Origin: an uncultured Planctomycetales bacterium
GTDB taxonomy: Bacteria > Omnitrophota > Gorgyraeia > Zapsychrales > Fredricksoniimonadaceae
Direction: 5' to 3'
DNA length: 64,000 nt
NCBI GenBank assembly: GCA_964520655.1
Contig: CAZFNI010000004.1
Location: 25,628 to 89,627 of the forward strand
The notes below the pieces were generated by a model that ran no database searches, was not told where the DNA came from, and saw only the letters and a list, made by a program, of their open reading frames with translations. Positions 7,227-17,232 of this stretch are shown here, piece after piece. A program made the position numbers and the translations under genes. How positions within the stretch are numbered: position 1 is the stretch's first letter; each line of letters starts with the position of its first letter.

Positions 7227-9695
7227 CTAGAGCACTTGGAAGGTCTTGATCTGCGTGCGGCCGGTTAAGTCGCTGTTGGATTGGATGAGTTTGAAATGTT
7301 CCAAGCCCTGCCCATTAAAGAAGTACAATTTCATCATTAGTGAATTCGCCAACGATGTGTCCATGAGTCGGCATAAAGACTGATGATCCTGTTCATAGAG
7401 GACGATCGAATAGCCAAGCGTTGCCCCAGGGATCTTGTGTTCAATGATTTTGCCGTCTTTAAGATACACGATCGACTGGGGGCTGCCATGACCGTATTTA
7501 TCAGAATTCATCACCGCGTTCTTGAGATCCTTGCTGACAAGAAGCCCTGGCGCGAACAGCAGACCGTCATCGGTTGTTTTGACCACAGAAAAAGCTTCGC
7601 TGTATTTGGATTCTCCACCAGCTAAATCCCAGAGATAATTGATGAATTCTTTCGAATCCGGTTTAGGTGCCTGTGCCAATAATTGAGGATTTGCATTGGT
7701 TTCTTCGATTTTACGGAAGTTGCGTCGACCGACAAACACAATGCCGATGTTCTGGTCAATGATCTCATTATAAATGAGAAGATAACTGTGGGGCATGCGC
7801 CCGTGGGTCAACTCCAGGAGCGTATCGGTGTCGTTATTCTTAAGCAGGGGGGACAAAGCCTGTTTGGCTTTCTCGCGGGAGAGCGGCGCGATGGCGGTCA
7901 GGATGTCCACGGCATCAGATGTTTTGATCCCTTTGGTTGTCAGAAAATCCGCGGCTTTGTTACCGCTAAGGTTAAGCATACGCAGGATCCCGCGGGCTTC
8001 ACGTTCATCCGTACTGAGCAATGTTTTTGCTATCCAATAGCCGGTCTGGCTTTCGCCTAATGAGGCCCCATCGAACATGACCCGGCGGTGGGCGATGGCT
8101 TTGATGAAATGCCCCGGCGGCCACCAAGTGTTGATGATCGCGTCCGTCTCTGTTTTTTGGCGAAGCGCGCTTAAATTCTCGTTCCACACATCATTAAAGA
8201 TGGGGGTTAAGACCGAACGGATGCTGCTGTTGGCTTCGACCCAGCACCACACGGTCAAGCACAATGCGCAGGTGATGGTGATGATTTTGCTATAGGGGAT
8301 GCGTTTGAACCATGCGGCAAGCGTTTCTAAAGACAGAGCAAAGAAGAAGGCCAGTGGGATGAGCATGAAAAGCACAAAGCGCGTGGCTTTAAGTGTCAGG
8401 ACGGTTGTGATCAATAGAAAGACCAGGGCCGTGATGGTCTTTAAATGTTCTTTTCGGCTGCGGTTCTTGAATATGTTAAAACAGGCCAGCAAAGAACCCA
8501 GAAAGCTTAAACAAAGAAATACTGGGCCTCCGGTGTCCGCGAGAATGTCTGTCAGGCTGGATTTTTTAAGTTCGCCAACTTCCATGAATAAGTTAGGCCA
8601 AAGGTTCAATCCTTTGTGAGTGAACTTTCCCAATTCACTACTGCCTTCGGTAAAAAAGGTAAAGAATCCACTAAAGCCGTAGATAATGACACCAAGGAGG
8701 GTGGTCATGCCTAAAAATGTTAGGAGAAAGGTGCTTTGCTCGCGGATGATCGTGCGGTTATGCTGGAATAGCCTTCCAAATCCTGCGCTGGTCAATGAGG
8801 CAATGATGGTCATGAAGAATAAAAATACCCAGCCTTGCCATATAAGAGAAAAGAGTATCATATTGGCTGCCATTAAAGCGCCCCAGAGCATCAGTTTACG
8901 CGGGGCATTGGTGGAGCATGTTTTAAAGAAGATGGCAAAGTACCCGAGAGTAAACAGTAAATTATACGGATCCGTGTCATACCAGCCAAGCGCACTGCGT
9001 TTCAAAAAAACAGGAAGCATGGCAAAATAAAGGGAGGCCAGGCCAAGTGTGCCCCAGGACAGTGGGAATAAACGCCCGCAACCGATGAATGCGCCAACAA
9101 CAAAAAAGGTCAGGATGACCGGTGTATAGGCAACGGCTTCCATTAATTTGATCGAGCTGTTAAATAGCTGACTAGTTTTATAGACGATAAAGCCGACATA
9201 GGGATGAAGGCTTAATGGCTGCCAAAACCCGAAGGGGGCGGTCATATAAGTATTGAAATATTGATGACCTTTGACGATGTTGGCCATTTTGCCTGAGGTG
9301 ACAATATCTTCGGTCAGATTGTAAAAATAATACGGGTCGGATTCCAGCAAATAGATATTATTGGGCAGCTTGCTTTGGGCGAATAAAGATTCATTTGCTT
9401 TCTCTATAGCACGAGCGACATTGGCTTTTTCCGTGCGCAGTGTTTCATTGAGTTTGGCGCTGGCGATCGCCGAGGCTTCTTCCACCGACATTTGAGGGAA
9501 CTGGGCGTGGATTTGGGCTAAGAATGTTTCTTTGAGTTTATAGACAATGCCCATGGTGGCCATTTCCCGGGTGGGGCTCCACAGATGCCCCCAGGCGGGG
9601 TAAAGTCGGATATAGACAGCCAAAATACCGACAATGAACCAGATCAGCAATGCTTTTGCCCAGGGTTTTTGCAGCAGGGATAACATAAATGGCAT
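7227..9695 (-). CDS. Polytopic membrane glycosyltransferase, STT3/AglB/PglB-type oligosaccharyltransferase-like (822 aa)
   Basis: About 13 predicted TM helices in the N-terminal 480 aa. The first external loop carries 'LLESDPYYFYNLTED', which resembles the STT3 'EFDPYFNYR' motif. A soluble C-terminal domain carries 'INTWWPPGHF' where OSTs have WWDYG/WWDWG. Confidence 0.45.
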   Translation of the reverse strand: MPFMLSLLQKPWAKALLIWFIVGILAVYIRLYPAWGHLWSPTREMATMGIVYKLKETFLAQIHAQFPQMSVEEASAIASAKLNETLRTEKANVARAIEKANESLFAQSKLPNNIYLLESDPYYFYNLTEDIVTSGKMANIVKGHQYFNTYMTAPFGFWQPLSLHPYVGFIVYKTSQLFNSSIKLMEAVAYTPVILTFFVVGAFIGCGRLFPLSWGTLGLASLYFAMLPVFLKRSALGWYDTDPYNLLFTLGYFAIFFKTCSTNAPRKLMLWGALMAANMILFSLIWQGWVFLFFMTIIASLTSAGFGRLFQHNRTIIREQSTFLLTFLGMTTLLGVIIYGFSGFFTFFTEGSSELGKFTHKGLNLWPNLFMEVGELKKSSLTDILADTGGPVFLCLSFLGSLLACFNIFKNRSRKEHLKTITALVFLLITTVLTLKATRFVLFMLIPLAFFFALSLETLAAWFKRIPYSKIITITCALCLTVWCWVEANSSIRSVLTPIFNDVWNENLSALRQKTETDAIINTWWPPGHFIKAIAHRRVMFDGASLGESQTGYWIAKTLLSTDEREARGILRMLNLSGNKAADFLTTKGIKTSDAVDILTAIAPLSREKAKQALSPLLKNNDTDTLLELTHGRMPHSYLLIYNEIIDQNIGIVFVGRRNFRKIEETNANPQLLAQAPKPDSKEFINYLWDLAGGESKYSEAFSVVKTTDDGLLFAPGLLVSKDLKNAVMNSDKYGHGSPQSIVYLKDGKIIEHKIPGATLGYSIVLYEQDHQSLCRLMDTSLANSLMMKLYFFNGQGLEHFKLIQSNSDLTGRTQIKTFQVL

Positions 9696-9711
9696 TATCC
9701 TTTAAAAATAA

Positions 9712-10395
9712 TCATTGTCTACGGATATTTGCGAGTGTTCTTAGGTATTGTTCATGTATGCGGTCTGAAGCGATGCACAGGCTGGATCGCTGTTTGTGTT
9801 GATGCTTGCCCATGATCATCCCCAGGAGTTTCCCTTGGCGGTTAAAGATCGGTCCGCCGCTGTCACCCTGAAAAAGGTTCAAATTCGTTTCAAGGAATTC
9901 GATCGTGCCCCGGCTTTGGCTGGCAACAAGACCGGTGATGCTCCCCGATAGGATGCTGTGCTCATTATAGTCCGATGAACCGATCGCGATGATCGATTCT
10001 CCCAGTTTGGCTTGAGCGGAATCCGCGAATAAGACAGGTTGTAAGCCGGAGGCATTGATCTTGATGATGCTAAAATCGTGGTCGGTCGAGACAAAGAGGA
10101 CCTGGGCATAAAATATACGGCCATCTGCGGTTGTAATGGTGATCCGCGGCGCGTTCTTGATGATATGGGTATTGGTGATGATCAGACCTTTGGCATCGAT
10201 GATGATCCCGGTGCCTTTGCGAGTATAGCTGACTTGCTGGGGACCTTTGGGGGTTTTAACGATCTTGGTATAGATCGTTTTGACGCTGACGATCGATCTC
10301 TCCAGCTTCTGCATTTTTGCCAACAGAGATGTTTCCGCGTGAAGCGGGGAAGCGGTCAAGAACAGGATCATAAGGCTGCAAATAGTACTTAACAT
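9712..10395 (-). CDS. Secreted trypsin-like (S1 family) serine protease (227 aa)
   Basis: Signal peptide 'MLSTICSLMILFLTASPLHA'. The catalytic serine motif 'GDSGGPIF' is present. Confidence 0.8.
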   Translation of the reverse strand: MLSTICSLMILFLTASPLHAETSLLAKMQKLERSIVSVKTIYTKIVKTPKGPQQVSYTRKGTGIIIDAKGLIITNTHIIKNAPRITITTADGRIFYAQVLFVSTDHDFSIIKINASGLQPVLFADSAQAKLGESIIAIGSSDYNEHSILSGSITGLVASQSRGTIEFLETNLNLFQGDSGGPIFNRQGKLLGMIMGKHQHKQRSSLCIASDRIHEQYLRTLANIRRQ

Positions 10396-10424
10396 TATTT
10401 TATTCTACCGTATAATAAACGTTT

Positions 10425-11075
10425 ATGTCTAACGTTATTATACGCCCATTCACGCCGGAGGACAGACAAAGCGTTCGGGATATTTGCGCGGACACGGCGG
10501 ATAAGGGAGAGCCGGTTGAGAACTTTTTCCCGGACAGGGAAAGTCTGACAGATCTGTTGTGCGGTTATTATACGGATTTTGAACCGGGGTCTGTGTTAGT
10601 GGCAGAGGATAACGGCAGGATCATCGGGTACATATTAGGATGTTTTGATAACCGCCGTTATGGTTTGGCGATGATGTTTGTCATCCTCCCTAAAGCGATG
10701 GTTAAAGCATTTTGCCGGGGTGTATTCTTTTCCCGCCAATTCTGGGGGATCGTATCGGGGATGCTGCGCAATTGGCCGCGGCTTTTATCCTGGCGCAAGC
10801 AGTCTTTCCACAGCCACGAGGGGCATTTGCATATCGGGGTGGCGAAAGCGGCCAGGCATCTGCATATCGGCAGTCAGCTTGTGGATGGATTTTTGACGTA
10901 TGCCAGGACGCAGCATGTTAAGACGTTATCAGCATCTGTTCACAGCGGCAATACGGCCGCTATGAGGTTTTTTGAAAAATGTCAGTTTGAACTGACAGAG
11001 AGGTTCCCGATGGTCATGTACGCCAACGGGGAGTATGTCCAGTATCATTCGTTACATTATGTTAAAAAAATTTAA
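10425..11075 (+). CDS. GNAT-family N-acetyltransferase (216 aa)
   Basis: Acetyl-CoA binding motif A-like 'HIGVAKAARHLHIGSQLV' (Q/RxxGxG/A pattern). The size and fold pattern fit GNAT. Confidence 0.6.
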   Translation: MSNVIIRPFTPEDRQSVRDICADTADKGEPVENFFPDRESLTDLLCGYYTDFEPGSVLVAEDNGRIIGYILGCFDNRRYGLAMMFVILPKAMVKAFCRGVFFSRQFWGIVSGMLRNWPRLLSWRKQSFHSHEGHLHIGVAKAARHLHIGSQLVDGFLTYARTQHVKTLSASVHSGNTAAMRFFEKCQFELTERFPMVMYANGEYVQYHSLHYVKKI

Positions 11076-12441
11076 ATTCACGGTTTTGCTCTTATTTATT
11101 AGCGCTGTCAATGCCATGGCCTCCGGCAGCAGTATCCCGGAATTGTCTTTGGCATCCAATGACCGTATCTTAGTTCTGGCACCTCATCCGGATGATGAGG
11201 TCTTGGGTACCGCAGGGATATTACAGCGGGCAACCGCCATGAAATTGCCGGTGAAGCTTGTCTATTTCACATATGGGGACAGCAATCAATGGTCATTTAT
11301 GCTTTACCGCAAGCATCCGGTCATCATGCCCAAAGCGGTGCAGACCATGGGACTTGTTCGCCGGGACGAAGCGATATCCGCGGCGAGCATTCTGGGGGTC
11401 AAACGCCAGGACTTGATCTTTCTGGGGTATCCGGACTTCGGGACGATGAATATCTGGTATTCTCACTGGAATGACCGTCCGCCGCTGGTCAGTATGCTGA
11501 CGCGCGTGACGAAAGTCCCGTATCAGGGCGCGCTAAGGCCAGGGGCGATGTATAAGGGGGAGGAGATCCAACGGGACCTTAGGTCTATTGTGCGGACATT
11601 TAAACCGACCAAAATATTTCTTTCAAGTCCGGCCGATCATAATGGAGATCATTTGTCCTTGTATCTGTTCACACGGGTCGCCCTGTGGGATGAAGGGATG
11701 GAGGATAAGGTTGAGCTATATCCGTATCTGATCCATTACATTGGCTGGCCCAAGCCGTTTGGTTTTCATCCCGACAATTCCTTACAGCCCCCGGATGCTT
11801 TAGCGGGTATTATTTCATGGAAACGTTTTCATCTGACCAAAGATGAGCTGAATTTAAAGAAGGCCGGATTGCAGGCACACCGGACGCAGTATAAATCTTC
11901 GCGCAATTACCTGTCATCGTTTGTAAGAACTAATGAGCTTTTCGGTGATTTCCCATTGATCCGTTTGCGCATGAATGAAGATTCGTCTGTTTTTTCTTCC
12001 AAGCGCAAGTTGGTTTCCAGTGCGGAGCTCCCCGAGGAGTTAAGCCCTAAAGAACGGATGGCATTCATTGGGGTGGAATGGAAGTTTGTCCGATGGGAAG
12101 GGGATCATTTATCCATATCGATCGCTTTATCCAAGCCGCTTGCGGCCAATGTGGAGGCTTCTATTTATATTTTTGGTTACCAGAAGGGCAAAGATAAGAC
12201 GCCGTTTGCCCACATGCCCAAGATCAGTGTGAACTTAGGAGTGTTGAGTTACAATGTATTTGATCAGGCCAAACGCATTGACCAGGGATCAGTGCAAGTC
12301 AAGCGCACAGCAAAGGAGATCATTATTAAAGTGCCGCTAAAGTTGATCGGCGACCCTGACCGTATTTTAACCAGCGCGCGCACATTCTTAGGGAATGTGC
12401 CGCTAGACAGCGCCTCATGGATGGCCGTGGAGTTGGATTGA
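11059..12441 (+). CDS. PIG-L / LmbE-family N-acetylglucosaminyl deacetylase with additional C-terminal domain (~460 aa)
   Basis: Signal peptide 'MLKKFKFTVLLLFISAVNAMA'. The hallmark PIG-L motif 'LAPHPDDEVLG' and a downstream 'HNGDH' are present. About 220 extra C-terminal residues have no recognised function. Confidence 0.75.
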   Translation: MLKKFKFTVLLLFISAVNAMASGSSIPELSLASNDRILVLAPHPDDEVLGTAGILQRATAMKLPVKLVYFTYGDSNQWSFMLYRKHPVIMPKAVQTMGLVRRDEAISAASILGVKRQDLIFLGYPDFGTMNIWYSHWNDRPPLVSMLTRVTKVPYQGALRPGAMYKGEEIQRDLRSIVRTFKPTKIFLSSPADHNGDHLSLYLFTRVALWDEGMEDKVELYPYLIHYIGWPKPFGFHPDNSLQPPDALAGIISWKRFHLTKDELNLKKAGLQAHRTQYKSSRNYLSSFVRTNELFGDFPLIRLRMNEDSSVFSSKRKLVSSAELPEELSPKERMAFIGVEWKFVRWEGDHLSISIALSKPLAANVEASIYIFGYQKGKDKTPFAHMPKISVNLGVLSYNVFDQAKRIDQGSVQVKRTAKEIIIKVPLKLIGDPDRILTSARTFLGNVPLDSASWMAVELD

Positions 12442-12442
12442 T

Positions 12443-13222
12443 ATGGATTGGATTCAGGCTGTTATTTTAGGGATAGTGGAGGGTGTTACGGAATATTTGC
12501 CGGTTTCATCGACCGGACATATGATGGTCGCTTCCCATTTTTTGCACATGCCCCAGACAGAGTTTGTCAAAACCTTTGAGATCGCCATCCAGTTAGGCGC
12601 GATCTTGGCTGTGTTCTCTTTATACTGGAGGACATTCCTGCTGGATTGGGAAGTCGGCTTAAAAGTTTTGGCCGCATTCTTGCCAACGGCCGTCATTGGT
12701 TTTGTTCTTTATAAGATGGTCAAGAGTTACTTGCTGGGGAATATTTGGATCGTTGCCCTGTCGCTGCTTGTCGGTGGGATCATCCTGATCGTGTTTGAAA
12801 CGAAGCACAAGGGGCGCGACGGTTCTGTGGATGATCTAAAGAAGATCTCATACAAGCAGGCGGTCACGATCGGTATTTGTCAGGCTTTGGCGGTGGTTCC
12901 GGGAGTGTCACGTTCAGCGGCGACGATCATTGGGGGGCTTATGATCGGGATCAGCCGAAAGACTATCGTAGAATTTTCATTTTTACTGGCTGTACCGACC
13001 ATCAGCGCTGCGGTTGTGCTGGATATTGTTAAGAGCTCCGCGGACATTCAAACCTCCCAATGGGGGCTATTGGCGATTGGCGGCGCGGTGGCCTTTGTCG
13101 TGGCCTGGGCCAGCGTGAAATTTCTTTTACGTTTTATCAAACACAATGATTTTATTGTGTTCGGGGTTTACCGCATCATCGCGGCGATAGTTTTATTAAT
13201 TTTATTGAAACATTCTTTTTAA
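12443..13222 (+). CDS. uppP: Undecaprenyl-diphosphate phosphatase UppP/BacA (259 aa)
   Basis: N-terminal 'ILGIVEGVTEYLPVSSTGHMM' and 'PGVSRSAATIIGGL' are the two conserved UppP motifs. It is polytopic. Confidence 0.9.
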   Translation: MDWIQAVILGIVEGVTEYLPVSSTGHMMVASHFLHMPQTEFVKTFEIAIQLGAILAVFSLYWRTFLLDWEVGLKVLAAFLPTAVIGFVLYKMVKSYLLGNIWIVALSLLVGGIILIVFETKHKGRDGSVDDLKKISYKQAVTIGICQALAVVPGVSRSAATIIGGLMIGISRKTIVEFSFLLAVPTISAAVVLDIVKSSADIQTSQWGLLAIGGAVAFVVAWASVKFLLRFIKHNDFIVFGVYRIIAAIVLLILLKHSF

Positions 13223-13241
13223 TTCAGGTATCATTGATTTT

Positions 13242-15209
13242 ATGAGTTTTATCGCGAAATTAAAGAATACCGTGATCGGCAAGGCCTTAAACCCCCATGA
13301 AGGCGGGGTTTTTCATCAAATGTCCTTGATCGCTTTCTTCGCCTGGGTAGGTTTGGGCGCGGACGGTCTGTCTTCATCCTGTTATGGGCCGGAAGAAGCC
13401 TTTATCGCGTTGGGTCAGCACCATCACCTGGCGGTATTTGTGGCCCTGGCGACCGCGATCACGGTTTTTGTCATCAGTGCCAGTTACGCGCAGATCATTG
13501 AGGTGTTCCCCTCCGGGGGAGGCGGGTATTTGGTCGCAAGCAAATTATTGTCGCCTAACTGGGGGATGATCTGCGGGTGTGCCCTGTTGATCGATTATTT
13601 ACTAACGATCACCATTTCTATTGCCAGCGGGACTGATGCATTATTTAGTTTTCTGCCTTTGGCGTGGCAGCCCTGGAAAATACATTTTTCTGTCTTCGCT
13701 CTGATAAGTCTGATGGTCTTGAATCTGCGCGGGGTAAAGGAATCAGTTCTCCCGCTAGTCCCCATCTTTTTGACATTTATTCTAACGCACTTCTTTATCA
13801 TTGTTTACGCGATCTGTACCCATCTGTGGGATTTTCCTCAAATGGGCACGTATATCAAGCAGGATGTGCAATCGTCATTTGCCGAGCTTGGTTTCTGGGG
13901 TTTAATGTTCTTGATGCTAAGAGCCTATAGTCTGGGTGCAGGAACGTACACAGGGATCGAAGCGATCAGCAATGGGATGCCGATCCTTCGTGAACCCCGC
14001 GTCAAGACCGGTAAACGCGCGATGCTCTACATGTCTTTATCCCTGGCCTTTACCGTCATGGGGCTGATGCTGGCATATTTGATCTATCATGTCACGCCTC
14101 AGGAGGGCAAAACATTGAACGCCGTGATGTTTTGGACGATCTCCCAGAATTGGGGCAGTGGCGGATATGTGTTTGTTCTGGTGAGTTTGATCTCAGAAGC
14201 ATTGCTTCTATATATCGCTGCCCAGACAGGGTTCCTGGGAGGCCCCAGAGTTCTGGCAAGCATGGCTGCTGATCGATGGTTCCCCACCAAATTTGGCGCT
14301 TTAAGCGATCGTTTGGTCTATCAAAAGGGGATACTCATGATGGGTATCGCCGCACTGGTCGTTATGCTCATGACCAAGGCTTCGGTTAAATTCCTGGTTG
14401 TTCTATACAGTATCAATGTATTTATCACGTTTTGTTTGTCGCAGGCCGGCATGGTCAGGCACTGGTGGATGTCTCGCGGCCGCAATAAAGAATGGGTTAA
14501 GAAAATATCGATCAATGGTCTGGGTTTTGTCAGCACGACATTCATTCTTGCGTCCGTGACCGTCATCAAGTTCGATGAGGGCGGTTGGATCACACTACTG
14601 ATGACTGGATCACTGGTCGCTTTCGCCATTGCCATCAAGCGTCATTACATCAATACGGCCAAACAATTAAAGCGCCTGAATCCTCTGGTGCAGGGGATCA
14701 TCGCCAGTAACGCCGATAAGCCGAAGGTAGAGGGACCTACGCAATTAGACCCCAAAGCCAAGACGGCGGTTTTGGTGGTCAACGGGTTTAATGGGCTTGG
14801 CCTGCACACATTGTTCAATGTGGTGCGTTTGTTCGGCGATCAATTCCGTAATTATGTCTTTATCCAGATCGGGGTCATCGACGCGGGGAATTTTAAGGGA
14901 CACGAGGAGGTTGAAGCGTTAAGGGCCAAGATCAAGTCGGACAATGAACGCTATGTGCATTACATGCGTTCCGAAGGCTATTATGCTGAAAGTTATACTT
15001 CGACGGGTATTGATGTGATCTCGGAAGTGGAGAAATTAAGCCAGGAGGTTGCTCAGAAATTCCCCGGCGTTGTGTTCTTTGGCGGACAGGTTGTTTTTGA
15101 GAAAGAAACGTTCTTTAATAAATGGCTGCATAACTATACGGTCTTTGCTTTACAGCGGCGTTTGTACAGTCACGGCATACCCTTTGTCGTGATGCCGATC
15201 CGGGTTTGA
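13242..15209 (+). CDS. APC-superfamily amino acid/polyamine permease with ~200-aa C-terminal cytoplasmic extension (655 aa)
   Basis: About 12 TM helices. 'GGGGYLVASKLLSPNWGMICG' matches the glycine-rich TM1 region of APC transporters. Confidence 0.65.
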   Translation: MSFIAKLKNTVIGKALNPHEGGVFHQMSLIAFFAWVGLGADGLSSSCYGPEEAFIALGQHHHLAVFVALATAITVFVISASYAQIIEVFPSGGGGYLVASKLLSPNWGMICGCALLIDYLLTITISIASGTDALFSFLPLAWQPWKIHFSVFALISLMVLNLRGVKESVLPLVPIFLTFILTHFFIIVYAICTHLWDFPQMGTYIKQDVQSSFAELGFWGLMFLMLRAYSLGAGTYTGIEAISNGMPILREPRVKTGKRAMLYMSLSLAFTVMGLMLAYLIYHVTPQEGKTLNAVMFWTISQNWGSGGYVFVLVSLISEALLLYIAAQTGFLGGPRVLASMAADRWFPTKFGALSDRLVYQKGILMMGIAALVVMLMTKASVKFLVVLYSINVFITFCLSQAGMVRHWWMSRGRNKEWVKKISINGLGFVSTTFILASVTVIKFDEGGWITLLMTGSLVAFAIAIKRHYINTAKQLKRLNPLVQGIIASNADKPKVEGPTQLDPKAKTAVLVVNGFNGLGLHTLFNVVRLFGDQFRNYVFIQIGVIDAGNFKGHEEVEALRAKIKSDNERYVHYMRSEGYYAESYTSTGIDVISEVEKLSQEVAQKFPGVVFFGGQVVFEKETFFNKWLHNYTVFALQRRLYSHGIPFVVMPIRV

Positions 15210-15210
15210 C

Positions 15211-15462
15211 ATGGGCGGGAAACTTAAGCTTGATCTGCATGACATTTTCAACAAAGGCCGCGAGATCGATGAGGCTCTGCAGGGGACGATCGATGACGCG
15301 GTAGCCAGGAATATCGATCTCGTGGAGATCATCCCGGGTAAAGGCAGCGGGCAGCTAAAGAAAAAAGTCCTGCGGTTCCTGGAGCAAAAACATATCAAAT
15401 CCCTGTATCGTCGGGTTGAAAAAGACGACAAGAATTTTGGCCGCATTTTTGTCCACTTCTGA
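15211..15462 (+). CDS. Smr (small MutS-related) domain protein (83 aa)
   Basis: 'LKLDLHDIFNKGREIDEAL...VEIIPGKGSG' matches the Smr 'LDLHG...IHGKG' pattern. Confidence 0.6.
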   Translation: MGGKLKLDLHDIFNKGREIDEALQGTIDDAVARNIDLVEIIPGKGSGQLKKKVLRFLEQKHIKSLYRRVEKDDKNFGRIFVHF

Positions 15463-15464
15463 TC

Positions 15465-15920
15465 ATGGATAAGATCAAAAATTTTTTCAAAGGGCTTTTC
15501 GCGCAGATCGTGAGCATGGATGATTCTCCACAGAGGATCGCGCTGGGATTTGGTCTGGGTGTTTTTCTTGGGATATTGCCGTTTACCGGGACCCTGGCAG
15601 CGATAGCGGCTGCTGTTTTTCTAAGGCTTAATAAAGCCGCGGCGGTTCTAGGGAGTTTGCTGACTAACACCTGGCTTAGCTTGGTAACATTCGCGGCCGC
15701 GGGGAAGATCGGATGCCAGCTGTTGGGATATGACTGGGAGAGCATTTACGCGCAGGCCCATGATGTGTTCTTTCATTTTACCTGGAAATCGTTCTTGAGT
15801 ACTGCCAGTGCTAAGATACTGCTGCCGTTGTTCTTAGGATATTTGATCGTTGGGGCATTCTGCGGGCTCGTGGCTTACGGGGTGATCTTGGTCATTTTAA
15901 AGAATAAACGGCCGGCTTGA
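15465..15920 (+). CDS. Small polytopic membrane protein (151 aa)
   Basis: ORF with three or four hydrophobic helices. Function unknown. Confidence 0.4.
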   Translation: MDKIKNFFKGLFAQIVSMDDSPQRIALGFGLGVFLGILPFTGTLAAIAAAVFLRLNKAAAVLGSLLTNTWLSLVTFAAAGKIGCQLLGYDWESIYAQAHDVFFHFTWKSFLSTASAKILLPLFLGYLIVGAFCGLVAYGVILVILKNKRPA

Positions 15921-15938
15921 ATTTTTCTTGTCTTTTTT

Positions 15939-16346
15939 TTGGTGTGGGACTATACTACCGGGGTCATGTTAGATAATCGCCGCCATATACGTATTAGAGA
16001 AATCACCGATGTGCGCTGGACAGTGTTAGGTTCAGAGCTTTTAGGTGAAGGGAAGATCTTGAACATCAGCTTTTCTGGTATGCTGCTGCAGACGGATGGT
16101 CATTATGATCCCCATGTCCGCGGAAAATTCTATGTGGATGCGCTTGGAGCAGAACCTTTGGTCTTTGGACCTAAAAAAGGCCATGTGGTCTGGACAAAAC
16201 GTATCGAGAATACTCAAGGGTTTCAGTGCGGGATAGAGTTTGAGAAAGATATGCCGTTTGATAGACGTTTGGATCAATGGATCGATAAAAAATCCGATGA
16301 GATGGCGCAGGCAACAAACGCGAATATTTTAAGTCATTTTGTTTAA
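15939..16346 (+). CDS. PilZ-domain (c-di-GMP binding) protein (135 aa)
   Basis: 'RRHIRIREI' (RxxxR) and 'NISFSGMLL' (D/NxSxxG) form the two-part PilZ c-di-GMP binding signature. Confidence 0.65.
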   Translation: MVWDYTTGVMLDNRRHIRIREITDVRWTVLGSELLGEGKILNISFSGMLLQTDGHYDPHVRGKFYVDALGAEPLVFGPKKGHVVWTKRIENTQGFQCGIEFEKDMPFDRRLDQWIDKKSDEMAQATNANILSHFV

Positions 16347-17164
16347 TGGAAAAAGAGGAGGATCACGTGGCAGAAACAGTGTTGAACAGCGAAGAACAGC
16401 AGAATAATCAGGTCAATGACAGCCAGCATCAGAAAAAGACCCTTAAAAGGATCATCGGGGTCATTTTGATCGTCATCATGCTGGCGTTGACCGCTTATGT
16501 GTTGAATTTACAGAACCAGAATTACAATACCATGAATCAAAGCTCGTCGCTGGCGGATATCTCCAATACCCATCAGGCAGCCAATTACCGTTCCTATGTT
16601 AAGCAGTACAGGGACACAAAAGAAGAATTAGATCAGACCAAGGCCAAGCTGGTGCAGGTTCAGAATGATCTGGACCGCGTGACCGGAGAGTTGGCGGAGG
16701 CTAAGACATTATTAGGTCAGACACAGGACTTGTTGACTCAAGCCCAGCAGGAAAATACAAAGCTAAAAGCTGATATTCAGGAACTGGAAGCGTTAAGGGC
16801 CCAGGAGAATGTCAAGAACATCGGAGAGTTGGAAACAAAGATCTCCTCACTAAAACAGAAAAATGTGGAAGTGACTGATCAGCTTAATACTGTCAAGACC
16901 CAAATACGTGCGTTTGAAGCGGATTTTAACAATATGGATGAAGGCCGCTCATTGCTCGTGTTGTTCCAGAATAAGATCAAGCTGGTGAAAAGCCGCATGC
17001 GCTACTTAAAGCAGGAGGCGTATTTTGCCAAGGTTGCCGCTCAGAAAGAAAAAGACCGTATTGAATCCTTAAATGGCAACAATGGATTCTTGGTCAAGGA
17101 TGGCACGCCGCTAAAGAACAATGCTTCCAAGGGCTTTGCCATAGACGTAAAGATTGTTCCGTAA
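16346..17164 (+). CDS. Membrane-anchored coiled-coil protein (272 aa)
   Basis: One TM helix ('IIGVILIVIMLALTAYVL') followed by a long heptad-rich region rich in Q, E, L and K. Confidence 0.4.
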   Translation: MEKEEDHVAETVLNSEEQQNNQVNDSQHQKKTLKRIIGVILIVIMLALTAYVLNLQNQNYNTMNQSSSLADISNTHQAANYRSYVKQYRDTKEELDQTKAKLVQVQNDLDRVTGELAEAKTLLGQTQDLLTQAQQENTKLKADIQELEALRAQENVKNIGELETKISSLKQKNVEVTDQLNTVKTQIRAFEADFNNMDEGRSLLVLFQNKIKLVKSRMRYLKQEAYFAKVAAQKEKDRIESLNGNNGFLVKDGTPLKNNASKGFAIDVKIVP

Positions 17165-17186
17165 TCGATTGTTTCTGTAATCTTGT

Positions 17187-17220
17187 GGGCGTATGATATT
17201 TCTTTCATACGCCCTTTTTT
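17187..17220 (+). terminator. Rho-independent terminator
   Basis: Perfect 10-bp stem 'gggcgtatga'/'tcatacgccc' with an 8-nt loop, followed by T6, 23 nt after the stop codon at 17164. Confidence 0.8.
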
Positions 17221-17232
17221 ATAGGAGGATAT

